Source: Bacteroides sp. (GTDB lineage Bacteria; Bacteroidota; Bacteroidia; Bacteroidales; Bacteroidaceae). From it: DNA of 64,000 bases. This document shows, in pieces, positions 19,371-31,237 of this stretch. A program made the position numbers and the translations under genes. Under the pieces are notes generated by a model, which saw nothing but the letters and a program-made list of their open reading frames with translations, was not told the DNA's origin and did not search any database. The stretch's first letter is position 1, and each line of letters starts with the position of its first letter. The DNA lies in NCBI GenBank assembly GCA_041907545.1, contig JAYRGX010000002.1, positions 118,870 to 182,869 on the forward strand, read 5' to 3'.

Positions 19371-20450
19371 ATGAAAGACTTTCATATACAGGTAATCGGG
19401 TTAATGTCCGGCACTTCATTAGATGGATTGGATGTTTGTTGTTCAACCTTTCATTTTGAAAAAGGTAAATGGACTTTCGCGATAGATTGTGCAAAGGGTT
19501 ATGAGTATCCGGATGAGCTAAAACAAAATCTCGGTACAGAGGCACAACGGATGAATGCATTGGATTTCATCACCTTGCATAGCTCATACGGCAAGCACCT
19601 TGGTGAACGTGTAAATGAATTTATCCATCAATACAAAGTGCATCCTGATATTATAGCTTCCCACGGACACACCATCTTCCACGAGCCACAGAAGAAAGTG
19701 ATGTTTCAAATTGGAGATGGTGCCGCTATTGCAGCAGAAACACGCATACCGACTGTTTCCGATTTTCGTCGGTTGGATATTATGTTAGGTGGACAAGGAG
19801 CACCACTTGTTCCAATAGGCGACCGATTACTTTTTAGTGATTATGACTATTGTCTCAACATCGGGGGATTCTCAAATATTTCGTTCGAGAAGAATAATCA
19901 TCGCATCGCATTCGATATCAGTCCGGTAAATTACGTGATAAATCACTACTGCCGACTTATAGGTCTGGAGTTTGATCGTGACGGAATAATAGCAAGTAAA
20001 GGTGAAGTCTGCCAAGCTCTATTGGATGAACTCAATGGCATGGATTATTATAACCAAGAAGGACCCAAGTCTCTCGGACGAGAATGGGTGGAAACCCAGG
20101 TATATCCTTTATTGGAAAGACACGGTTTGAGTCTGGAGGATATGCTAAGGACTTTTTACGAACATGCAGCCTACCAAATAGCACAAGTCATTATTGCCAA
20201 TCCCACGAAGAACGGCGAAAGCAAGATGCTCATAACAGGAGGAGGTGCTTTCAATAAATTCTTAGTAAAACGGATAGAGAACTTATCTCCATGCCGGATA
20301 GTGATACCCGATAAACAAATTATTGAGTATAAAGAGGCACTTATTTTTGCCTTTTTGGGTGCACTATACACGATGGGAGAGCCAAGCTGTTTGAGTTCTG
20401 TGACGGGTGCTCCTATTGATAATATAGGTGGAATGCTATTTAAAATATAA
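19371..20450 (+). CDS. anmK: anhydro-N-acetylmuramic acid kinase
   Basis: 359-aa ORF with the N-terminal GLMSGTSLDGLDV motif. Confidence 0.9.
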   Translation: MKDFHIQVIGLMSGTSLDGLDVCCSTFHFEKGKWTFAIDCAKGYEYPDELKQNLGTEAQRMNALDFITLHSSYGKHLGERVNEFIHQYKVHPDIIASHGHTIFHEPQKKVMFQIGDGAAIAAETRIPTVSDFRRLDIMLGGQGAPLVPIGDRLLFSDYDYCLNIGGFSNISFEKNNHRIAFDISPVNYVINHYCRLIGLEFDRDGIIASKGEVCQALLDELNGMDYYNQEGPKSLGREWVETQVYPLLERHGLSLEDMLRTFYEHAAYQIAQVIIANPTKNGESKMLITGGGAFNKFLVKRIENLSPCRIVIPDKQIIEYKEALIFAFLGALYTMGEPSCLSSVTGAPIDNIGGMLFKI

Positions 20451-20477
20451 AGCGTTTCTAAAGCTATTGCCAGCGAT

Positions 20478-21035
20478 ATGGAAGAAAAGAATAAAAAATG
20501 GAAAGTAATTTCCAGCCAATATTTACATAATGAGCCTTGGCTTACCGTTCGCAAAGACCATGTAATGTTGCCCAATGGCAATCATATTCCGGCATACTAT
20601 ATATTGGAATATCCTGAATGGGTCAATGTTATAGCCATCACACGCGAAGGTCATTTTGTTTTTATCCGTCAATACAGACACGGAATACAAGAGGTATCTT
20701 ATGAGCTATGCGCCGGAGTATGCGAAAACGAAGATGCTTCACCACTTATTTCAGCACAGCGGGAGTTACTTGAAGAAACGGGTTACGGAAACGGAACATG
20801 GAAAGAATATATGGTACTCTCTCCCAACCCCAGCACTCACACCAATCTCACACATTGCTTCATTGCCACCGATGTGGAAAGATTATCAGATCAACATTTA
20901 GAAGCAACGGAAGACTTATCTGTACATCTATTAACCCTTGGACAAGTAAAGGATCTATTGCAAGAAGATGCAATCAAGCAAGCGCTAATGGCAGCTCCTC
21001 TTTGGAAATATATCGCCGAGAATAAACTTCTTTAG
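20478..21035 (+). CDS. NUDIX hydrolase
   Basis: 185-aa ORF with the Nudix box GVCENEDASPLISAQRELLEETGY. Confidence 0.88.
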   Translation: MEEKNKKWKVISSQYLHNEPWLTVRKDHVMLPNGNHIPAYYILEYPEWVNVIAITREGHFVFIRQYRHGIQEVSYELCAGVCENEDASPLISAQRELLEETGYGNGTWKEYMVLSPNPSTHTNLTHCFIATDVERLSDQHLEATEDLSVHLLTLGQVKDLLQEDAIKQALMAAPLWKYIAENKLL

Positions 21036-23251
21036 ACTGTTTCAAAAGGCTCGCGGAAAGTACAGCCATTACGCCATTCAGAACAACCATAGGCTGTTTT
21101 TCCTTTAATAATGATCCCCTTACCACACAAAGGGCAAGGCTGACCTGCTAGAGACGGTGTATTAATAGCAGCATTGGCCGATGCAGTCATTTCAACCTTT
21201 TCAGCTACTTCTTTAGAAGTTTCTGTGCTCACAGCAGCAGAAGTGCCTACTTTTTTACGAGAGCGGGGTGTCCTCTTAGCTTTTGCAGCTACACCATCTT
21301 TATCACTCGAAACCTTCTCACGTTTTGATGACTTGCCTTTCTCTTCCGCATTGACAGGAGACATAATCGTAATACGCCGATTGGTGTTATCCGAAAGGAC
21401 ACTAGTCACAATTTCAGCTACCATTTGTTTCAGTTCTTCTAAAAAGAGCGAAGCATCATAAGTCCTTTTTTCTATCTCACGCAGCTTCTTTTCCCATAAG
21501 CCGGTCAGTTCCGCTGATTTCAAGAGTTCTTCATGAATCATCTGGATTAATTCCACTCCGGTAGGAGTTGCTATCAGATTTTTCTTTTCCTTACGGATAT
21601 AGTTTCGCTTAAATAAAGTCTCGATAATTGCAGCGCGTGTAGACGGACGCCCTATTCCATTTTCTTTCAAAGCATCCCGTAGTTCGTCATTATCGACCAA
21701 TTTTCCGGCAGTCTCCATGGCACGAAGCAAAGTGGCCTCGGTATAAGGACGGGGTGGTTGTGTCCATTTCTCAAACAGCTCCGGAATGTGAGGACCAGAC
21801 TCACCTTTTATGAAAGCAGGAAGAACATTTTCATCAATTCCTTCTTCTTTCTCATCTTTATCCGCCACAGCACCAAACACCACACGCCAACCGGGACTAA
21901 GGATTTGCTTTCCTGTCGCCTTAAAACTTATATTTTCGACATCTCCCAACACTGTAGTTGTAGCGACTTTACAATCGGGATAGAAAACTGCTATAAAACG
22001 GCGTGCCACAAGATCGAATACCCGCCGCTCCATATCCGTCAGATTTTGGGAGGACTGCCCTGTAGGAATTATAGCATGGTGATCGGTGACTTTTGCATTA
22101 TCGAACACCTTTTTCGACTTTGGCAAAGGAATACCCGAAAGAGGTGCAGTCAATGTTTCATATTCGCGTAAGCCTTTCAGTATCGTAGGGCATTTGGGAT
22201 AAATATCTTCACTCAAAAAGGTAGTGTCTACACGTGGATAAGTGGTGACCTTCTTTTCATATAGCGACTGTATAGTCTTCAACGTATCATCAGCAGAATA
22301 AGCGAACTTTTTATTGCACTCAACCTGCAATGATGTCAAGTCAAATAGACGGGGAGCATATTCTTTACCTTCTTTCTTCACGACACGCGTGATAGTAAAC
22401 AGAGCATCTTTTATCAATTCAACTAATGCTTCGCCCTGTTCCCTGTTCTCTATCGGATCTATTCCTGGATTATCAATGTTTTTTTGAACAGTATCCGCAT
22501 TTGTCGTTTTTTTAGTTTCTTCCTCCAATACCAATTCTTCTTCACTCTTCTTGATCAGAGCAGAGAAAGTGGTATCTCTATATACGGTCTTCAACTCCCA
22601 GTATTGCTTGGGAGTGAAATTTTCAATATCCAACTGACGGTTAACGATGAGTGCCAGTGTGGGAGTCTGCACCCTACCTATGGACAGCACTTGCCTGTTT
22701 TGCCCATATTTCATAGTGTAAAGACGAGTAGCATTCATTCCCAATAGCCAGTCACCAATAGCGCGACTTAACCCGGCCTCATACAGTGATTGAAATTCTT
22801 GTTGATCTTTAAGTTTGGCAAAGCCTTCTCGAATAGCTTCCTCCGTCAAGGAGGATATCCATAACCGCTTTACAGGACATCGTGCACCAGTCTTTTGCAT
22901 AACCCAGCGCTGAATTAACTCTCCTTCCTGACCGGCATCACCGCAGTTTATGATTTCATCGGCATGTTGCATAAGATGCTCTATAACCCGAAACTGCTTT
23001 TCATAAGTCGGATTACTGATAAGCTTTATCCCAAAGCGTGGAGGAATCATGGGCAGGCTACTCAAGCTCCACGATTTCCAAAGAGGAGTATATTCCTGAG
23101 GCTCCTTTAAAGTGCACAAATGCCCGAATGTCCAGGTCACTTGATACCCGTTCCCTTCAATATACCCGTCTTTCTTTACTTTAGCACCTAAAACTTCGGC
23201 TATATCACGTGCCACGGAAGGCTTTTCAGCAATGCAAACAATCATCAGCAA
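21032..23251 (-). CDS. topB: DNA topoisomerase III
   Basis: 739-aa ORF. Toprim N-terminus IAEKPSVARDIA, a type IA core, a Lys-rich linker and a C-terminal zinc ribbon CPLCGKG...GCSEWRNGC. The start codon appears to be TTG; an ATG (M3) lies 6 nt downstream. Confidence 0.9.
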   Translation of the reverse strand: MLMIVCIAEKPSVARDIAEVLGAKVKKDGYIEGNGYQVTWTFGHLCTLKEPQEYTPLWKSWSLSSLPMIPPRFGIKLISNPTYEKQFRVIEHLMQHADEIINCGDAGQEGELIQRWVMQKTGARCPVKRLWISSLTEEAIREGFAKLKDQQEFQSLYEAGLSRAIGDWLLGMNATRLYTMKYGQNRQVLSIGRVQTPTLALIVNRQLDIENFTPKQYWELKTVYRDTTFSALIKKSEEELVLEEETKKTTNADTVQKNIDNPGIDPIENREQGEALVELIKDALFTITRVVKKEGKEYAPRLFDLTSLQVECNKKFAYSADDTLKTIQSLYEKKVTTYPRVDTTFLSEDIYPKCPTILKGLREYETLTAPLSGIPLPKSKKVFDNAKVTDHHAIIPTGQSSQNLTDMERRVFDLVARRFIAVFYPDCKVATTTVLGDVENISFKATGKQILSPGWRVVFGAVADKDEKEEGIDENVLPAFIKGESGPHIPELFEKWTQPPRPYTEATLLRAMETAGKLVDNDELRDALKENGIGRPSTRAAIIETLFKRNYIRKEKKNLIATPTGVELIQMIHEELLKSAELTGLWEKKLREIEKRTYDASLFLEELKQMVAEIVTSVLSDNTNRRITIMSPVNAEEKGKSSKREKVSSDKDGVAAKAKRTPRSRKKVGTSAAVSTETSKEVAEKVEMTASANAAINTPSLAGQPCPLCGKGIIIKGKTAYGCSEWRNGCTFREPFETV

Positions 23252-23268
23252 GTTTTATTTTAGACAGA

Positions 23269-23277
23269 CAAAGGTAC
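23269..23277 (-). promoter_or_regulatory. -7 promoter box TAnnTTTG for topB
   Basis: Minus strand reads TACCTTTG, about 18 nt upstream of the topB start. Confidence 0.55.
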
Positions 23278-23525
23278 AAAAAAGAGATTAACATAAGAAG
23301 TATATGCATGTGAAGTAACGGATAATAACAACTTCTTTGGATTAACAAGAATTGCAGAGCTCCTTACAAAATGCTTCACATTATTATTACCGACAAAGAA
23401 ATGAACTATAATTTCCCCATTTAAGCGACATTTAGACATCACAATTAAATAAATATTCATTTTATAACCACAAACACCTCATTGTATAAAACCATGAAAT
23501 GCTAAAATATATGGAATCCAAATGC

Positions 23526-23533
23526 TATCTTTG
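23526..23533 (+). promoter_or_regulatory. -7 promoter box TAnnTTTG for the MarC-family gene
   Basis: TATCTTTG lies inside the tracked ORF start (23522), which argues for the ATG at 23552. Confidence 0.6.
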
Positions 23534-23551
23534 CAGAAAAAGGAGAAAAAG

Positions 23552-24145
23552 ATGTTCACAGATTTCAATCTTCAACAGATGACAAGTGCATTTATTGTAC
23601 TATTTGCGGTTATTGACATTATCGGTTCAATACCTATTATTATAAACTTGAAAGAGAAAGGGAAAGATGTTAATGCAACCAAAGCGACCCTTATTTCTTT
23701 TGCCTTACTAATAGGCTTCTTCTATGCAGGAGATATGATGCTGAAGCTATTCCATGTAGACATTGAATCGTTTGCAGTAGCCGGATCGGTAGTTATCTTC
23801 CTCATGGCTTTGGAAATGATATTGGATATAGAGATCTTTAAGAATACAGGTCCCATTAAGGAAGCTACTTTAGTCCCATTGGTCTTCCCTCTTTTGGCAG
23901 GCGCGGGTGCTTTTACCACATTGCTTTCGCTAAGAGCGGAGTATGCCAGCATTAACATCATTATAGCTCTTATTCTCAACATGGTTTGGGTTTATATCGT
24001 GGTGAGAATGACAGGGCGGGTAGAACGTTTATTAGGAAAAGGAGGTATCTATATTATACGAAAGTTCTTCGGAATTATCCTTCTTGCCATTTCCGTAAGG
24101 TTATTTATGGCTAACGTAACACTTTTGATAGAAGCCGTACATTAA
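23552..24145 (+). CDS. MarC family (UPF0056) integral membrane protein
   Basis: Six predicted TM helices. The start is moved to M11 (MFTDFNLQQ) because the promoter box overlaps the longer ORF. Confidence 0.8.
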   Translation: MFTDFNLQQMTSAFIVLFAVIDIIGSIPIIINLKEKGKDVNATKATLISFALLIGFFYAGDMMLKLFHVDIESFAVAGSVVIFLMALEMILDIEIFKNTGPIKEATLVPLVFPLLAGAGAFTTLLSLRAEYASINIIIALILNMVWVYIVVRMTGRVERLLGKGGIYIIRKFFGIILLAISVRLFMANVTLLIEAVH

Positions 24146-24161
24146 GTAACAAAACTAGCAT

Positions 24162-24194
24162 AAAAAAAGGATGATCATTGATCATCCTTTTTTT
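24162..24194. terminator. bidirectional rho-independent terminator
   Basis: A7-aggatgat-cattg-atcatcct-T7 lies between the convergent MarC-family gene (+) and gap (-). Confidence 0.85.
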
Positions 24195-24212
24195 ATATTA
24201 TCTAATCGTTGA

Positions 24213-25235
<1,023 letters not shown>

Positions 25236-25300
25236 TTAAAGGTTTATAATATTTGTTCAAATATCTCTCTAAGTCAATGCTTTTATATTTTTAAGCGCTG

Positions 25301-25308
25301 CAAAAGTA
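25301..25308 (-). promoter_or_regulatory. -7 promoter box TAnnTTTG for gap
   Basis: Minus strand reads TACTTTTG, 77 nt upstream of the gap ATG. Confidence 0.55.
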
Positions 25309-25320
25309 AGAAAATGTTTT

Positions 25321-25328
25321 TATATTTG
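25321..25328 (+). promoter_or_regulatory. -7 promoter box TAnnTTTG for mscL
   Basis: TATATTTG lies 31 nt upstream of the ATG at 25360. Confidence 0.6.
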
Positions 25329-25359
25329 CATCTCTAACACCAATTAAATAAGATTAAAG

Positions 25360-25803
25360 ATGGGAAAAAGTACCTTTTTGCAGGAATTCAGAGCTTTTGC
25401 CATGAAAGGCAATGTGATAGATATGGCTGTCGGTGTAATTATTGGTGGTGCATTCGGCAAAATTGTATCCTCCATAGTGGCTGATGTGATTATGCCACCC
25501 ATCGGCCTTTTGATTGGTGGGGTAAACTTTACGGATTTAAAATGGGTGATGAAGCCAGCTGAAGTCATCAACGGAAAAGAAGTTGCCGCAGTAACCTTGA
25601 ATTACGGGAATTTCCTTCAAGCGACTTTCGATTTTCTAATTATTGCATTTTCTATTTTTCTATTCATCAGGCTCATAACGCGGTTGACTGCAAAGAAGCA
25701 GGAAAAAGAAGAAACGGAAAAGCCTTCGCCTACCGCCCCGACTAAAGAGGAAATCTTGCTAACGGAAATCCGTGATATCCTAAAAGAACAACATAAACAG
25801 TAA
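25360..25803 (+). CDS. mscL: large-conductance mechanosensitive channel
   Basis: 147-aa ORF with the N-terminus [26 protein letters not shown]. Confidence 0.95.
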   Translation: MGKSTFLQEFRAFAMKGNVIDMAVGVIIGGAFGKIVSSIVADVIMPPIGLLIGGVNFTDLKWVMKPAEVINGKEVAAVTLNYGNFLQATFDFLIIAFSIFLFIRLITRLTAKKQEKEETEKPSPTAPTKEEILLTEIRDILKEQHKQ

Positions 25804-25834
25804 TTTTTCAGATTGAAGTTTATGCGAAATACAG

Positions 25835-25873
25835 CCTCATATTTCAGGTTTCCTACCTAGATATGAGGTTTTT
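25835..25873 (+). terminator. rho-independent terminator after mscL
   Basis: cctcatat...atatgagg forms an 8-bp stem followed by TTTTT. Confidence 0.65.
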
Positions 25874-25931
25874 CTTAAATAACAAACAATCACGGGAACT
25901 CTTATTTTCTAGTTATTTCTCGGGATTTTTG

Positions 25932-25939
25932 TACCTTTG
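25932..25939 (+). promoter_or_regulatory. -7 promoter box TAnnTTTG for guaA
   Basis: TACCTTTG lies 32 nt upstream of the ATG at 25972. Confidence 0.6.
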
Positions 25940-25971
25940 CAAATCATTTACATTAAACTCTATACAGCTGT

Positions 25972-27495
25972 ATGCAAGAAAAGATTATTATTCTTGATTT
26001 TGGTTCACAAACCACTCAACTCATTGGCAGAAGAGTGAGAGAATTAAGCACTTATTGCGAAATAGTCCCTTACAACAAGATGCCTGAAAATGACCCTACT
26101 GTAAAAGGTGTTATTCTATCGGGTAGTCCATTTTCTGTGTATGATAAAAATGCATTTAAAATAGATTTAAATCAGATCAGCAACAAGTACCCGGTTTTGG
26201 GAATATGCTACGGAGCTCAATTCATAGCTTATTCAAACAATGGTAAAGTAGAGCCGGCCGGAAGTCGCGAGTATGGACGTGCACACTTGGACTGGGTGGA
26301 ACAAAATAATCCTTTATTTAAAGGAGTGAAAGAGCATACCCAGGTTTGGATGAGCCACGGCGATACAATTACTGTAATCCCACAAGAATTCAAGAAAATA
26401 GCCTCTACCGACAAAGTAGAAATAGCTGCATATCAAGTTGAAAACAAAAAAATATGGGGCGTTCAATTTCATCCGGAAGTTTTTCATACCGAAGATGGAA
26501 CTCAAATGCTGAAGAACTTCGTTGTAGACATCTGCGGATGTAAACAAGACTGGAGTGCGGCTTCGTTTATAGAAACTACCGTAGCCGAATTGAAAGAACA
26601 ACTGGGCAATGACAAAGTTGTCTTAGGATTAAGCGGAGGTGTGGATTCTTCGGTTGCAGCTGTATTGCTAAATAGAGCGATCGGTAAAAACCTGACCTGT
26701 ATATTTGTCGATCATGGAATGTTACGCAAGAATGAGTTCAAGAACGTAATGCACGACTATGAATGTCTTGGGTTGAACGTGATCGGCGTAGATGCCAGCG
26801 CAAAATTCTTCAAAGAGTTGGAGGGAGTTAGCGAACCCGAAAGCAAGCGTAAAATTATTGGCAAAGGTTTCATTGATGTATTCGATGAAGAAGCACATAA
26901 AATTCAAGATGTGAAGTGGCTTGCCCAAGGCACAATCTATCCCGACTGCATTGAATCTCTTTCCATCACCGGGACAGTGATCAAAAGCCACCATAACGTA
27001 GGAGGGCTTCCCGAAAAGATGAATTTAAAATTATGCGAACCTCTGCGCCTATTATTCAAAGATGAAGTAAGACGTGTAGGTCGTGAATTAAAAATGCCGG
27101 AACATCTCATCACTCGTCATCCTTTCCCGGGTCCCGGTTTAGCTGTTCGTATCTTGGGAGATATTACTGCCGAAAAAGTACGAATACTTCAGGATGCCGA
27201 CGATATATTTATTCAAGGACTCAGAGATTGGGGATTGTATGATAAAGTATGGCAAGCGGGCGTAATCTTGCTACCGGTACAATCTGTTGGTGTAATGGGT
27301 GATGAACGTACATACGAACGTGCTGTCGCCTTACGTGCTGTGACCTCCACCGATGCCATGACTGCCGATTGGGCTCATCTTCCTTATGAGTTTTTAGGCA
27401 AAGTGTCCAACGACATCATTAATAAGGTAAAGGGCGTAAATCGCGTAACTTACGATATCTCGTCAAAGCCACCTTCCACCATTGAATGGGAATAA
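25972..27495 (+). CDS. guaA: glutamine-hydrolysing GMP synthase
   Basis: 507-aa ORF with an N-terminal GATase domain, the PP-loop [10 protein letters not shown], and the C-terminus PPSTIEWE. Confidence 0.96.
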   Translation: MQEKIIILDFGSQTTQLIGRRVRELSTYCEIVPYNKMPENDPTVKGVILSGSPFSVYDKNAFKIDLNQISNKYPVLGICYGAQFIAYSNNGKVEPAGSREYGRAHLDWVEQNNPLFKGVKEHTQVWMSHGDTITVIPQEFKKIASTDKVEIAAYQVENKKIWGVQFHPEVFHTEDGTQMLKNFVVDICGCKQDWSAASFIETTVAELKEQLGNDKVVLGLSGGVDSSVAAVLLNRAIGKNLTCIFVDHGMLRKNEFKNVMHDYECLGLNVIGVDASAKFFKELEGVSEPESKRKIIGKGFIDVFDEEAHKIQDVKWLAQGTIYPDCIESLSITGTVIKSHHNVGGLPEKMNLKLCEPLRLLFKDEVRRVGRELKMPEHLITRHPFPGPGLAVRILGDITAEKVRILQDADDIFIQGLRDWGLYDKVWQAGVILLPVQSVGVMGDERTYERAVALRAVTSTDAMTADWAHLPYEFLGKVSNDIINKVKGVNRVTYDISSKPPSTIEWE

Positions 27496-27560
27496 TACGA
27501 TTTAGTTGCTTATAAGCAAACAGTATATACTTCTTAAAAGCAGTTTTCTGCTTATGCTAT

Positions 27561-27615
27561 CTTGCATACCCTCTATTTTGAGATTTAAAGAATAGACCGG
27601 GTATGCAAGTTTTTT
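27561..27615 (+). terminator. rho-independent terminator after guaA
   Basis: cttgcataccc...gggtatgcaag forms an 11-bp outer stem with an inner tctatt/aataga pairing, followed by TTTTTT. Confidence 0.8.
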
Positions 27616-28065
27616 ATACACTCCCCAAAAGGGCAAGCCATCCCCTCTTTAGGACAACCTATTAGAAATGTAGAAATTATTGTTGGAAGCATCAATCATT
27701 CATCTATACAGGCCGCAGATGCAGCAACACGACATCCACAGTTTGAACACAATTTTTACCATCACTCAATGAATACATATTGATTTTAGGGGTCAACAAA
27801 TCAATCCATACTGAAGATCTTTTAAGAGGGGGTACAATGAGGTAACGACTGAATAGGCTTAAGTATACGACTGATCTATGATCACTCGTATACTGATTAT
27901 AGATCAAGTTGGAAGTGAATTCTTATCATTTAGAAGAATGAATAATGGCACCTCACCAAATGTATAATATTTATCACACACGCAAGCCTCCAGAATTCCG
28001 ATTACGAGGAGGAGTATCTTGATAAATACCGTAGAAAACAGAAGAGTCGATCTCAAATAAAAGAG

Positions 28066-28734
28066 CTATTCACCAATCAGACTTTCAGCTTTAGGAATAA
28101 CAATCTCGCCACGGTGCAATTCTATCAGTCCATCTTCTTGCATCTCATTTAATGCTTTCGAAACATTGCCTCTGGTCTCATTCATAATAAAAGCAATATC
28201 CTCCATTTTAGTCTTCAACTTTTTCTCCCCATAAGGACGTTCCAAGTGCGAAAGAATAAAGTGGGTAATACGTTTTTTCAAGCCCTCAGGAGCATCCATC
28301 CATAAACGGTTGGCATGAGTTTGAACGCGATTACTAATCACATTCATATAATTCAACCGGAATATTTCATAATTAAACAAATCGCTAAGTACAAAAGCTT
28401 TACTTATTTCAACGGTGTGTACCTCAGTATGCGCTATATATGTCGAAAAGTAACTGGTATTCATACCAAATAAAGATTGGGGCTCAATAAGAAAAGGCGC
28501 TTGAATATATTCAGTGAATGAATATGAGTCATTGATTACGGAAGTTACAGTGGTAATTTCGCCTTTTAGCACAAACAATAACTGACGACAGGTATCTCCT
28601 TTTTTCGCCAAAATATCGCCCGGTTTATGTTGTATAAAATGCAGTTTTACTTTAGCTAATATATTAGTGAAATCCTCTTGGGCTAATCCTTGAAAAAGAG
28701 GCAATTGGAGCAGAGTATCAAACATTGTTTCCAT
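28066..28734 (-). CDS. Crp/Fnr family transcriptional regulator
   Basis: 222-aa ORF with an N-terminal cNMP-binding-like barrel and a C-terminal HTH ([19 protein letters not shown]). Confidence 0.85.
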   Translation of the reverse strand: METMFDTLLQLPLFQGLAQEDFTNILAKVKLHFIQHKPGDILAKKGDTCRQLLFVLKGEITTVTSVINDSYSFTEYIQAPFLIEPQSLFGMNTSYFSTYIAHTEVHTVEISKAFVLSDLFNYEIFRLNYMNVISNRVQTHANRLWMDAPEGLKKRITHFILSHLERPYGEKKLKTKMEDIAFIMNETRGNVSKALNEMQEDGLIELHRGEIVIPKAESLIGE

Positions 28735-28757
28735 ACCTGTAATATTATTGTTTTAAA

Positions 28758-28765
28758 CAAAAGTA
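28758..28765 (-). promoter_or_regulatory. -7 promoter box TAnnTTTG for the Crp/Fnr gene
   Basis: Minus strand reads TACTTTTG, 23 nt upstream of the ATG at 28734. Confidence 0.6.
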
Positions 28766-29128
28766 AATATATTCGTTATTCACTGTAGGTCGGGAGTCTT
28801 ACTTTTTATCTTTTTTATTGTTTGTTAAACGAACTACTCATTTATCTTAAATCCTTAAAAATTATAGTCATACCATTTATTATATCTACAAACGAAACAC
28901 AAACATATATTCTCTAAGAATTATTATGTCATCTAGCGTGTTTTTCAGGGTTCTATTATGTATCCACGCCATTATAATTAGCTGCTATAATACTTATCGA
29001 AGTAACTAAAGATAAACAGGCTATTAACAGTGTATAATATTCTTTGTTAAAATAACATTGTAACTTCAACATATCAACTATTTTTTTTGCATTTTTGCAA
29101 CTAAGATCATTTATGACCAAACTATAGT

Positions 29129-31225
29129 ATGAAAAGAGTAAAACTAATATTAATACTAATTTATTTTATGAACATGCTTCCGGCACAGAATCCCTTTTTC
29201 GAGAAATACAATACCCCTCACCATACATTCCCCTTTGATAAAGTAAAAACGGAGCATTATGAACCCGCAATACGAGAAGGTATAAGAATTCATTTAGATG
29301 AAATTAAAGCAATAACCGACAACACCAAAGCTCCAACTTTCGAAAATACGGTAGCAGCTTTTGAAAGATCGGGTAAGTTTCTGAACCGGGTGACTGCGGT
29401 ATTCGATAATATGCTGAGTGCAGAAACCAATAGCAATCTGCAAAACCTGGCTAAGACAATTATGCCGTTATTAAGCGAACATGGCAATGATGTATCACTA
29501 AACGAAAAACTATTTTTGCGGATTAAGAGTGTGTATGAACACCAAAATCAGGAAGCTTTGACTACTGAGCAAAAGACTCTCCTTGATAAAATCTACAAGA
29601 ATTTCGTACGTAATGGAGCTAACCTATCTGTTGAACAAAAAGAAAAATATAGAGAGTTGAGCAAGCAACTCAGCTTGCTGGAACTGGAGTTTAGTGAGAA
29701 TAGTTTGAAAGAGACAAACGAATATAAACTTGTCATAACCGACTTTAAGCAACTTGCCGGTCTTCCGGAAAGCATCATAAACAGCGCGGAAGAAATGGCC
29801 AGAGAGAGAGGCATTAAAGGCTGGGTAATCACCTTACAGGCGCCAAGTTACGGTCCATTCATGATGTATGCCGAAAATCGCGACTTACGTCGTGAGCTTT
29901 ATATGGCTTATAATACAAAATGCACCCATGATAACCAAAGCAGTAATCTTGAAATCGTAAAGAAGATAGCGAACACCCAAATGCAGATAGCCCAGCTACT
30001 TGGTTATCATAATTTTGCCGAATATAATTTGGAGGAGCGGATGGCCCAAAACAGCAACAATGTATATAAGTTGCTTCGCCAGTTACTGGATGCATACAAG
30101 CCCACTGCCCAAAAGGAATACTTAGAAGTTCAGAAGATAGCTCAGGAACGTGAAGGTGAGCATTTCCAATTAATGCCATGGGATTGGAGCTATTACTCTC
30201 AAAAGCTGAAAGATAAAAAGTTCAATATAGATGACGAGATGCTCCGCCCCTACTTTGAGTTGGACAAGGTGAAGAAAGGTGTTTTCGGATTGGCAACCCG
30301 CCTATATGGAATCACATTCAAGGTTAATCCGAAAATTCCGGTTTATCACAAAGATGTCGAGGCTTATGATGTTTTCGATAAGGACGGAAAGTTTTTAGCA
30401 GTCTTATATACCGACTTCCATCCTAGAGCCGGGAAAAGATCGGGTGCATGGATGACTGAATACAAAGGGCAATGGATTGATCCTACTACAGGAGAAAATA
30501 GTCGCCCGCATGTTTCCATCGTAATGAATTTCACCAAGCCGACCAAAGATAAACCGGCTTTACTGACATTCGATGAAGTGGAGACATTCCTTCATGAATT
30601 CGGGCATAGTCTTCATGGAATGTTTGCCAATTCGACTTATGAGTCGCTGAGTGGGACAAATGTCTATTGGGATTTCGTGGAGCTTCCATCTCAGTTTATG
30701 GAGAATTTCGCAACAGAGAAAGAGTTTTTACATACATTTGCACGGCATTATCAAACGAATAAAGAAATCCCGGATGAACTGATACAGCGAATCAAGGACT
30801 CATCTAATTTTAATGCCGCTTATGCTTGTATGAGACAGGTAAGCTTCGGATTATTAGATATGGCATGGTATACCCGGGAAGTTCCTTTTGAAGGAGATGT
30901 GAAAGAGTATGAAAAGCAGGCATGGGCAGATGCTCAAATATTGCCGGTAGTACCGGAGACCTGTATGAGTACTCAATTCTCACATATATTTTCCGGAGGA
31001 TATTCGGCAGGATATTACAGTTACAAATGGGCTGAAGTATTAGATGCCGATGCTTTCTCGCTATTCAAAGAGAAGGGCATCTTCAATCCTGAAGTAGCAA
31101 CTTCTTTCCGCGAGAATATCTTATCAAAAGGAGGAAGTGAGCATCCAATGATCTTATATAAGCGTTTTCGCGGACAAGAGCCCACTATTGACGCTCTATT
31201 AATCAGAAACGGAATAAAAAAATAA
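29129..31225 (+). CDS. dcp: M3 family peptidyl-dipeptidase (Dcp-like), secreted
   Basis: 698-aa ORF with a signal peptide and the zinc motif HEFGHSLH. Confidence 0.9.
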   Translation: MKRVKLILILIYFMNMLPAQNPFFEKYNTPHHTFPFDKVKTEHYEPAIREGIRIHLDEIKAITDNTKAPTFENTVAAFERSGKFLNRVTAVFDNMLSAETNSNLQNLAKTIMPLLSEHGNDVSLNEKLFLRIKSVYEHQNQEALTTEQKTLLDKIYKNFVRNGANLSVEQKEKYRELSKQLSLLELEFSENSLKETNEYKLVITDFKQLAGLPESIINSAEEMARERGIKGWVITLQAPSYGPFMMYAENRDLRRELYMAYNTKCTHDNQSSNLEIVKKIANTQMQIAQLLGYHNFAEYNLEERMAQNSNNVYKLLRQLLDAYKPTAQKEYLEVQKIAQEREGEHFQLMPWDWSYYSQKLKDKKFNIDDEMLRPYFELDKVKKGVFGLATRLYGITFKVNPKIPVYHKDVEAYDVFDKDGKFLAVLYTDFHPRAGKRSGAWMTEYKGQWIDPTTGENSRPHVSIVMNFTKPTKDKPALLTFDEVETFLHEFGHSLHGMFANSTYESLSGTNVYWDFVELPSQFMENFATEKEFLHTFARHYQTNKEIPDELIQRIKDSSNFNAAYACMRQVSFGLLDMAWYTREVPFEGDVKEYEKQAWADAQILPVVPETCMSTQFSHIFSGGYSAGYYSYKWAEVLDADAFSLFKEKGIFNPEVATSFRENILSKGGSEHPMILYKRFRGQEPTIDALLIRNGIKK

Positions 31226-31237
31226 AAAGAAGGCATT

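Noticed and set aside
27704-27907. 67-aa minus-strand ORF in the guaA-crp gap
   Set aside because: It has no recognisable motif or promoter and spans the 33-bp palindrome. It is more likely non-coding.
28735-29128. Crp/Fnr-type operator (TGTGA-N6-TCACA or TTGAT-N4-ATCAA) in the divergent crp-dcp promoter region
   Set aside because: I scanned the region by eye and found no convincing palindrome of either class.
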